DNA of 64,000 bases from Poseidonia sp. (GTDB lineage Archaea > Thermoplasmatota > Poseidoniia > Poseidoniales > Poseidoniaceae), in contig JASLVM010000002.1 in assembly GCA_030741355.1 (NCBI GenBank), forward strand, positions 51,932 to 115,931. The letters are read 5' to 3'. Of this stretch, positions 19,564 through 26,567 are shown in pieces. Position 1 is the first letter of the stretch; the number at the start of each line of letters is the position of its first letter. The notes under the pieces were generated by a model. The model made no database searches. It was not told the origin of the DNA and saw only the letters and a program-made list of their open reading frames with translations. Both the position numbers and the translations under genes were made by a program.

Positions 19564-20010
19564 ATGGACCAGCCCCTTCGCATCGTGGTCGCCAAGCCGG
19601 GTCTCGACGGTCATGACCGAGGTGCAAAGGTGGTGGCTCGCGTTCTTCGAGATGCTGGGCACGAGGTCATATACACCGGATTGCGCCGAACTTCTCAACA
19701 AATCGTGGACACCGTCAGGGACGAGGATGCACGATTCCTCGGCCTCTCCTCGTTGTCAGGCGCTCACGCTCACTTGTTCCCTCAAGTCTGCGAGAAACTT
19801 CGTGAGGCTGGCCTTGATGACGTGATCGTGTTTGGTGGCGGTATCATCCCGCAGGAAGACCGCCCTGCCCTGCATGAAGTGGGCATTCGTGCCGTCTTCG
19901 GCCCAGGAACCCCCACAGCAGAAATTCTCGAGTTCATCACAGAGGCAGCCAACCGTGATGACGCCGGAGTTGGGCAAGCCAACGATTGGCATTGGGAATC
20001 ATCGGCCTGA
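19564..20010 (+). CDS. Methylmalonyl-CoA mutase, small B12-binding subunit
   Basis: IVVAKPGLDGHDRGAKVVARVLRDAGHEVIYTG contains the DxHxxG cobalamin-binding motif, followed by the SSLSGAH segment. The 148-aa size matches the split archaeal enzyme. Confidence 0.85.
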   Translation: MDQPLRIVVAKPGLDGHDRGAKVVARVLRDAGHEVIYTGLRRTSQQIVDTVRDEDARFLGLSSLSGAHAHLFPQVCEKLREAGLDDVIVFGGGIIPQEDRPALHEVGIRAVFGPGTPTAEILEFITEAANRDDAGVGQANDWHWESSA

Positions 20011-20024
20011 AGGTGGCAACAGGG

Positions 20025-20933
20025 ATGACCGATGAATTGGAGCAAGCGATGGGCGGTGACCGTCGCGCCATGGCCCGCATGCTTTCAAACATTGAGAACG
20101 GGTTCGTTTCCCTTTCCGACATCCTCTCCGAGCGCCAATCTATAGAATCTGATTCATGGTCAACCATGGCCATCACCGGCGCCCCAGGCGTTGGAAAATC
20201 GGTGCTGGTGGACGCCTTGATGACCCGGTGGGCAAACCAGGGATTGAGCGTGGCGCTCCTGGCCGTTGACCCGAGTTCTCCACGAACCGGTGGTGCCCTC
20301 CTTGGCGACCGTGTCCGAATGACGTCCGTGGACAATCCAGACATCAACGAGCGAGTCTATGTTCGTTCCATTGCCACACGTTCCTCTTCAGGAAGCGTGC
20401 CCCTCATCGTTGAGGACATGGCTATGTTTCTGCTCGCTTGTGGATGGCAGCGCGTCCTGATTGAAACGGTGGGGTCCGGTCAAGCCGAATTGCGATGTGC
20501 AGCCGTTGCCGACCGTATCGTGGTGGTCGAAGGCCCCGCCCGTGGCGATGGTATTCAAGCGGAAAAAGCAGGGTTGCTCGAACTGGCCGATATCGTTCTC
20601 GTCAACAAAGCGGATTTGGACGGTGCTGAACGCCACGCAGGTGAACTTCGTGAATCCTATGCACTGGATGGTGAAGACGCCCCGGACGTCATGTTGACTT
20701 CGGGACTCAAGAACATCGGGATTGAAGAAGCCGCTACCGCACTGTTGGAATTGAAGAGTACAGGTCGAGCGCTGCGAGCTAGGATGCGGGAACGCCTCCT
20801 TGGAAGGCACGAGCGCCGGCTGGTCTTGCATCCCTCCTACAATGCGGTTCTGAACCAGCTTTGTGAGGGCATTCTTGATATTGATGAAGCCTTATCAAAC
20901 CTCCAAGGGGATACAGATGAGTGGACAAGTTGA
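20025..20933 (+). CDS. meaB: MeaB/ArgK-type G-protein chaperone of methylmalonyl-CoA mutase
   Basis: GDRRAMARMLSNIENG, a P-loop (ITGAPGVGKSVLVDAL) and NKADL are present. The track start at 19986 is a TTG; the first ATG after the upstream stop is at 20025. Confidence 0.8.
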   Translation: MTDELEQAMGGDRRAMARMLSNIENGFVSLSDILSERQSIESDSWSTMAITGAPGVGKSVLVDALMTRWANQGLSVALLAVDPSSPRTGGALLGDRVRMTSVDNPDINERVYVRSIATRSSSGSVPLIVEDMAMFLLACGWQRVLIETVGSGQAELRCAAVADRIVVVEGPARGDGIQAEKAGLLELADIVLVNKADLDGAERHAGELRESYALDGEDAPDVMLTSGLKNIGIEEAATALLELKSTGRALRARMRERLLGRHERRLVLHPSYNAVLNQLCEGILDIDEALSNLQGDTDEWTS

Positions 20934-21543
20934 ACTCACCAATCCGGTCGACACATCGGTTGGTGGCATGCGCGGGCACCTCCTTCGAAGAGGGATTCAT
21001 CTTTCGATGATTGGAATTCCGTACCTGTATTTTTCTCACGGAGAAAGTGTAGCCGAAGCCATTGGCGTTTCTCTGCCACAAGTGGTCGCTGGGGTGGTTC
21101 TCATCGCTTTGCTGCTCGAAGGCGTCCGTCTCAAAATTGGGTTGACCGTTTTTGGACAGCGAGACTACGAGGCCAATCAGGTCTCTGCCTTGGCTTGGGG
21201 AGCTGTAGGCATTGGTTTCGTGTTGCTTCTTGTCCCCGAAGAAGCCTATGCGTGGCCGCTCATCGCTTCCCTCGCCCTTGGCGACCCGTTGATGGGTGAA
21301 CTTCGAAGAAAGGAGATTCCCGATCGGCAGGTCATGATTTACGCCACGCTCCTCATTCTGGCCATTTGGCTTGTGGCCGTGGTTCAATTTGGAACACCGA
21401 TTTGGTTGGCCATCCTTCTCGCACCTGTCTGCATGATTTCTGAATGGCCTCGTCTGACGTACATCGACGACAACGCCACCATGTTGCTCATCCCGCTTGC
21501 GTTGGTTCTTCTGCTCGAACCCTTTGCTTTGATGATGGCCTAA
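20917..21543 (+). CDS. Polytopic membrane protein, dolichol/polyprenol kinase-like (COG0170-like, tentative)
   Basis: About six TM helices. The motifs LALGDPLMGELRRK and EW..LTYIDDNATMLLIPL resemble the GD..A..G and DN..iPl motifs of this family. The ATG at 20917 overlaps the end of meaB by 17 nt. Confidence 0.4.
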   Translation: MSGQVELTNPVDTSVGGMRGHLLRRGIHLSMIGIPYLYFSHGESVAEAIGVSLPQVVAGVVLIALLLEGVRLKIGLTVFGQRDYEANQVSALAWGAVGIGFVLLLVPEEAYAWPLIASLALGDPLMGELRRKEIPDRQVMIYATLLILAIWLVAVVQFGTPIWLAILLAPVCMISEWPRLTYIDDNATMLLIPLALVLLLEPFALMMA

Positions 21544-21615
21544 GCAGGCCATTTTCAGCACTCTCGTTCAATATGTTGAAATGGGGGTTTTCTGTCGTTG
21601 GGGTTAGTGAAGGAC

Positions 21616-21726
21616 ATGGCCGACGACAACACCAATTCGGACCCCCCCCAAATTGCCTACCAAGTGGGCTTTGCTTTGACCATGATTCTCCTTGCCATCA
21701 CGATGGTCCGCTACCCTCTTTGGTAA
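21616..21726 (+). CDS. Candidate 36-aa single-TM micro-protein (below the ORF-track cutoff)
   Basis: My own translation gives MADDNTNSDPPQIAYQVGFALTMILLAITMVRYPLW*. It is preceded by GTGAAGGAC (Shine-Dalgarno-like) and lies in an otherwise empty 239-bp gap. Confidence 0.2.
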   Translation: MADDNTNSDPPQIAYQVGFALTMILLAITMVRYPLW

Positions 21727-21782
21727 TCATTGGTAGATGATTTTGAACATCTCTTGAAAAGGGACCCCCTCTTACTGGATTC

Positions 21783-23570
21783 ATGTGCGGCATCGCAGGC
21801 GTTCTTGGCCATCCCGATGCCACCGTTTTGCAACGGATGAATCAACTTCAACAACACCGTGGCCCTGATGAAAATGACGTGTGGATGGACGAGGCGGTCG
21901 GGTTTGCTCACGCCCGTTTATCCATTCTGGACCTCGTTTCAAGCCAACAACCAATGAGTGACCACGACGGTGCCGTCATGGTCTTGAACGGCGAGATCTA
22001 CAATCATCGAGAACTCCGTTTACTCCATCCATCCTATGGATTCACGACCTCAGGCGATACAGAAGCCGTATTGGCGGTTCATCGGTCCATGAGAAGCAAA
22101 ACGAAAAGGCCGCTTACGGCCAAAGAGCACGCAACTTGGTTATCGTCGCTTGACGGCATGTATGCCCTCTCGTTGTGGAACCCAACGGACGGTCAATTGA
22201 TCCTTGCTCGAGACCCAATGGGCATCAAACCGTTGGTGCGCACAATGATTGACGGAACCATGTTGTTCGCCAGCGAAGTCAAAGCGTTTCAAGCCCACGA
22301 AGGCCATCAACCAGAAATTGACGAATTGGCGTTGGCTGCGAGATTGGTGTGGGAATATCCACTTGACGCCACGACACTTCTGAAAGGCGTCCACCAAGTC
22401 AGGCCGGGAACGGTCGAGCGATGGACCCTTGATGAACATGGACAAGCAACCTTGCTTGACATCGCCGACATCGAACGTCAACACCTCAATCCCATGCCCA
22501 CATGGGACCCTAACATGAACGCAGGCGAACTGTTGGAAACCTTCGTTGAGGGTGTTCAGCAACGGCTGCTCGCCGACGTACCGGTGGGCATCGTGCTTTC
22601 AGGAGGGCTGGACTCCAGTCTTGTCGCTGCGGTCGCTCATGAGGCGGCCGAGCGAGCAGGACAAGACGTTCCTGCTTGCTGGACGGTGGCGGAAAGCGAA
22701 GAGAACCCCGATTGGGTCGCCGCCGAGCAAGTGGCTGCACACCATGACCTCACGCACCATCAACACCTGTTGGAAGCAGACGCCTTTGAGAAGCGACTAC
22801 CCGACTTGGCCTGGCACGGCGAAGATGCCGATGTGACGGTCATGTTCTTCCATCCGCTGTTTGAGCACATGTCAAATCATGTAAAAGTCGGATTATGCGG
22901 CCAAGGCGCCGATGAATTGCATGCCGGTTATCCAAGATACGGCCACTTGGACGGCCACAAGGCGGTGCTGAATCAGCGTATGGCTGCTCTGCCCGAGGCC
23001 CACCAACGCGCATTGCTGAAAGGAGGCCTTTCCCCAAGGGACGGTTGGTACCAAGCCACCCACGACCCGTCTGAAGTGACCGCTGATTTGCAAAACATGC
23101 TCAACTTCGAACTTGAGCACGGCCAGCTCAGTAACTTTCAACTTCGCTTGGTTGACCGCCATTCGATGGCACATTCCCTTGAGGTTCGTGTCCCCTTCCT
23201 TGGCCGGGCCCATCGTAGAGCTTCTTACGCCCTCCCAATGGATTGGAAACGCAGCACACAACGAGAGGAAAAGGCAGCCCTTCGTCGAGCTGCCGACCGA
23301 ACCAACCTTCCCAAGGACATCGTACGGCGACCAAAACTTCCAGCCGGGCGAGCGACCGCTCCAACCATGCTCCAAACATTCCTTGACGACCGGGGTAGCC
23401 AAATCGAGGAATTGATGACGCACTACAATCAGTGGAGTGCCGTACTCAAAGGGCAAGAAGAATTGGCCATCGGTTTGGGTCTGTTCGAGGCTCTGCATCT
23501 ACGTCAAGACGGCCATAAGCACGCCGGACGCTCCATTGATGCATTGTTGAATGAGGTGATTTCAGGATGA
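21783..23570 (+). CDS. asnB: Asparagine synthase B-type glutamine amidotransferase
   Basis: The N-terminus is MCGIAGVLG (Ntn Cys2). It also has NGEIYNH..LR and the PP-loop GIVLSGGLDSSLVAA. Confidence 0.85.
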   Translation: MCGIAGVLGHPDATVLQRMNQLQQHRGPDENDVWMDEAVGFAHARLSILDLVSSQQPMSDHDGAVMVLNGEIYNHRELRLLHPSYGFTTSGDTEAVLAVHRSMRSKTKRPLTAKEHATWLSSLDGMYALSLWNPTDGQLILARDPMGIKPLVRTMIDGTMLFASEVKAFQAHEGHQPEIDELALAARLVWEYPLDATTLLKGVHQVRPGTVERWTLDEHGQATLLDIADIERQHLNPMPTWDPNMNAGELLETFVEGVQQRLLADVPVGIVLSGGLDSSLVAAVAHEAAERAGQDVPACWTVAESEENPDWVAAEQVAAHHDLTHHQHLLEADAFEKRLPDLAWHGEDADVTVMFFHPLFEHMSNHVKVGLCGQGADELHAGYPRYGHLDGHKAVLNQRMAALPEAHQRALLKGGLSPRDGWYQATHDPSEVTADLQNMLNFELEHGQLSNFQLRLVDRHSMAHSLEVRVPFLGRAHRRASYALPMDWKRSTQREEKAALRRAADRTNLPKDIVRRPKLPAGRATAPTMLQTFLDDRGSQIEELMTHYNQWSAVLKGQEELAIGLGLFEALHLRQDGHKHAGRSIDALLNEVISG

Positions 23571-24769
23571 ATCTAAGAGACCAAAACCAACTTTTGGAAG
23601 ACAAGCGCGCAGAGATCACCGCTTGGATGAAAAAGAAACGTTCGGAAGTGCCCATCCCCATCTACGGCAGCGTTGATGTTCGTGATGCAGGTTGGAAAAT
23701 TGGAGTGGTCGATGCCAATCACTTTCCCGCTGGTTTCAACAACGTCTCCAAAGAAAACCTCATGGAACTTGCCGACTTGTTCAAAGAGCATGTTCACCGG
23801 TCGCATCCATCGTGCAAGTGGGTCCACATCTATCCAGAAAGCCATACCAGAAACCCCGGTTATGTCGAAAACATCGCCAGCATCAAGTCCATGATTGAGC
23901 AAGCAGGTTTCTCCTGTACGGTCGGTTCACCCGACCTTAACGAATTTGGTGCTCTCAACGGATTATCCGGCCCCTTGTTGTTGCAATCTGTCCGTGTGGA
24001 TGAGACGGGTGAACTCGAAGTGGACGGCGCCCCTCCTGACTTGATTCTGCTCAACAACGATTTGACCGATGGAGCGATTCCAGGCGTCCAAAGCACGAAC
24101 ATCACCCCCCCGCCCCACATGGGTTGGTTCCGACGGCGTAAATCACACCATTACGAGATGCTCAAACCCTATGTTGACGAGATGGCAGCGCTCTTGTCGA
24201 TCGACGCGTGGCATTTGATGCCCGATTGGTTTGTTTCACAAAACAAGTGCTTGACGGAAGAAGCCTGCAAAATCAAACTTGCTGAAGAAATTGACGAATT
24301 TCTTGACGGCCTTCGTGAGAAGTACGCCACGCTCGGCATCGACCGAGAACCGACCGTCGTGATGAAGAACGACAGCGGCACGTACGGCCTTGGCATCATG
24401 ATGCTGACCGCAGGTGAGCAAATCCTGAACCTCTCCAATCGAAAGGCGAACAAACTCCGCTACGCCAAGGGAGGGGCAGAGGTTGAAAATTTCCTCATCC
24501 AAGAGGGCATACCGACGGCGTTAGCCACCGAAACCGGCGAGACATTGGAACCCGTGGTCTACCTCGTGGACGGGGAAGCAGCCTCGTGGTTTTACCGAAT
24601 CAATGCGAAGAAATCCGACATGGACAACCTCAACTCGCCCAGTGCACGTTTCGAGAACTACGAAGACGCTGAAAACCCGCACATTCGGGAGGCACATGGC
24701 TGGCATGCCTTGGTCGCAGAACTGAGCATGCTCGCCATGGGAGCCGAAGCCGAAGTCTGGTCGAGTTAA
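23567..24769 (+). CDS. ATP-grasp-like ligase resembling the rare GshA-type glutamate-cysteine ligase family (tentative)
   Basis: 400 aa. IPIYGSVDVRDAGWKIGVVDANHFPAGFNNV matches my recollection of the N-terminal signature of the Acidithiobacillus-type GshA family. VVMKNDSGTYGLGIMM and ENFLIQEGIPT are ATP-grasp-like. The start overlaps the asnB stop (ATGA). Confidence 0.5.
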   Translation: MNLRDQNQLLEDKRAEITAWMKKKRSEVPIPIYGSVDVRDAGWKIGVVDANHFPAGFNNVSKENLMELADLFKEHVHRSHPSCKWVHIYPESHTRNPGYVENIASIKSMIEQAGFSCTVGSPDLNEFGALNGLSGPLLLQSVRVDETGELEVDGAPPDLILLNNDLTDGAIPGVQSTNITPPPHMGWFRRRKSHHYEMLKPYVDEMAALLSIDAWHLMPDWFVSQNKCLTEEACKIKLAEEIDEFLDGLREKYATLGIDREPTVVMKNDSGTYGLGIMMLTAGEQILNLSNRKANKLRYAKGGAEVENFLIQEGIPTALATETGETLEPVVYLVDGEAASWFYRINAKKSDMDNLNSPSARFENYEDAENPHIREAHGWHALVAELSMLAMGAEAEVWSS

Positions 24770-24806
24770 TCCAACAGGATGAAAACCAACATTTCCTCGC
24801 ACCATC

Positions 24807-25484
24807 ATGAGCCAGCGCGTGTGGTTGTACATTGGAACCATCGCCATCGGGCTTTGGATTTCCGCCACGGCCGCTGGAGGTGTCCTCCCGGATGCCTGGG
24901 CGGAATGGCCAGTAAACATCTGGTGTTGGGGTGTTTTTGCGTTCATCTACCGCCACGCCGACCGCAAAGAGCGGATTGAAATGATCGCCGTTGTGGCTTT
25001 GGCCACACCGATGGAACTCTTCTTTTCGGAGGTTTGGCTTGTGTATGAATATCAGCGCGAATTCATGCCACTCTTTGTCCCGGCAGGGCATTATTTCCTC
25101 TTTGATTTGGGCCGAAGAGCTGCTTCACGGATGCGAACCGAGATGGCGCTGCCGCTCCTCCTGCCCTTTGTTCCCATGGTAGCCTATGGGGCATGGACGG
25201 GTGGAGACACCTCTGGCGTGTTCATGCTGATCCTGGTGTTGGCCTTCACCAAGTGGGGGCCTCAACCCCGATTGTACGCCGCCATGGCATGGGCCGCATT
25301 GGCCATGGAATTATGGGGCACCTACCTTCAAAATTGGGAATGGGCCAGAGAGGTCCCATGGACTGGATTAACCGCATGGAATCCCCCCCTTCTGGTGGGA
25401 GCGTTCTACTGTTTTGGTGATGTTTTGGTTAACCTGTGCGTTGCCAAGTTTCAAGGGGAACCTACCACCGAGGGGATACCATGA
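24807..25484 (+). CDS. Polytopic membrane protein of unknown function
   Basis: 225 aa, W-rich, with about 6-7 hydrophobic helices. Its stop overlaps the ferredoxin start (ATGA). Confidence 0.55.
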   Translation: MSQRVWLYIGTIAIGLWISATAAGGVLPDAWAEWPVNIWCWGVFAFIYRHADRKERIEMIAVVALATPMELFFSEVWLVYEYQREFMPLFVPAGHYFLFDLGRRAASRMRTEMALPLLLPFVPMVAYGAWTGGDTSGVFMLILVLAFTKWGPQPRLYAAMAWAALAMELWGTYLQNWEWAREVPWTGLTAWNPPLLVGAFYCFGDVLVNLCVAKFQGEPTTEGIP

Positions 25485-25813
25485 CTGGCGCTGACGAGTT
25501 GCGTAAGCGCCGAGAGCAAGAGGCGCTTCGTATTCGAACAGCCTTGAATCGCCAGCGTGGGGAACAACGGGCCAACACCAAGGGTGGAGAGGGCACCGTG
25601 GCCTTTGTCGAGGAACGCAAATGCATTGGTTGCGACCAGTGCACCATCGTTTGCGATGACGACGCCATTGAATTGTACTTCGTAGATGTTCGTAGCCCGC
25701 TGATGTCGGTGGAAAGCAACCGCAAGGCGAAGATTATTCGAGACGCTTGCACAGGGTGCAGGCTGTGTGTTTTGGCGTGTCCAACCGACGCCATCACGAT
25801 GATTGACCGATGA
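25481..25813 (+). CDS. 2x[4Fe-4S] ferredoxin with a basic N-terminal extension
   Basis: The cluster motifs are CIGCDQCTIVCDDDAI and CTGCRLCVLACPTDAI. The ATG at 25481 is coupled to the upstream gene. Confidence 0.8.
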   Translation: MTGADELRKRREQEALRIRTALNRQRGEQRANTKGGEGTVAFVEERKCIGCDQCTIVCDDDAIELYFVDVRSPLMSVESNRKAKIIRDACTGCRLCVLACPTDAITMIDR

Positions 25814-25823
25814 GGTGAACCCA

Positions 25824-26108
25824 ATGTCAAAGAAAGGAAAGGATGCAACGGCTCAACGCTTTGGAGGAGAATTTGGACCCTACCGAAAGCCGGGGACCGA
25901 AGGTGTCTCGCTTTCCACGTTCAAGAACCTCGTTTGGACCTCAAACATCGGCGGTCTCCTTCTTGTTGTGCTCGCTCTGGAGTTGCTCTTTGTGCAGCAG
26001 CGATTTATGTGGGGTTTCCTGTCCTTGGTGGCCGGTGTGGCCATCGCCCTGTTCCCATCCAACTACGAAATCGTGGGGATGAGCGATGATGAAGAGGAGA
26101 TGGATTAA
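25824..26108 (+). CDS. Small two-TM membrane protein
   Basis: The ATG at 25824 is preceded by GAGGTGA (Shine-Dalgarno-like). The sequence MSKKGKDATAQRFGG... is followed by two hydrophobic helices and an acidic tail (DDEEEMD). Confidence 0.45.
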   Translation: MSKKGKDATAQRFGGEFGPYRKPGTEGVSLSTFKNLVWTSNIGGLLLVVLALELLFVQQRFMWGFLSLVAGVAIALFPSNYEIVGMSDDEEEMD

Positions 26109-26119
26109 TCCAGATTGGT

Positions 26120-26518
26120 TTAGAGCCCGGCGAAAACCAACAAGAGGCACAACAGTGCTGAGATAGCGAACGCCACGCTTGCACCGATCCACAGAAGGTT
26201 CCGCCCGTTCATGTAGCCGTAAATCACCATCCCAAGGGCCAAGATTGGGCAAAGTAAGATGGAAAGAAAAGCCCAAAGAAGAACATCCCAGGTATCACCC
26301 ACAAGAATGACGGAGAGCACTAAACCGCAACACGTCGCTAGAAACGGAACGAGCAAACCAATCCAGAAGTCCCTTGGCTGAATCATTGGGTCATGGGCCT
26401 GGCGGTCTAGGTTATCCCACTCAAACTCTTCATCGCAATGCGGGCATTCAAACAAACCCTCAGCCGTGTCAGGAAGTTCCATGCCTTCGTCACAATGAGG
26501 ACATGCGACAACGACCAT
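26120..26518 (-). CDS. Zinc-ribbon membrane protein, last gene of the Rieske/cyt b operon
   Basis: The ATG at 26518 gives MVVVACPHCDEGMELPDTAEGLFECPHCDEEF (CxxC...CxxC), followed by 3-4 TM helices. The longer track ORF (to 26722) overlaps the upstream gene. Confidence 0.55.
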   Translation of the reverse strand: MVVVACPHCDEGMELPDTAEGLFECPHCDEEFEWDNLDRQAHDPMIQPRDFWIGLLVPFLATCCGLVLSVILVGDTWDVLLWAFLSILLCPILALGMVIYGYMNGRNLLWIGASVAFAISALLCLLLVFAGL

Positions 26519-26567
26519 GTGCGTATCTACCAACTGTCGTGGAATAAAGGTTGAGCCGTAGACCGAC

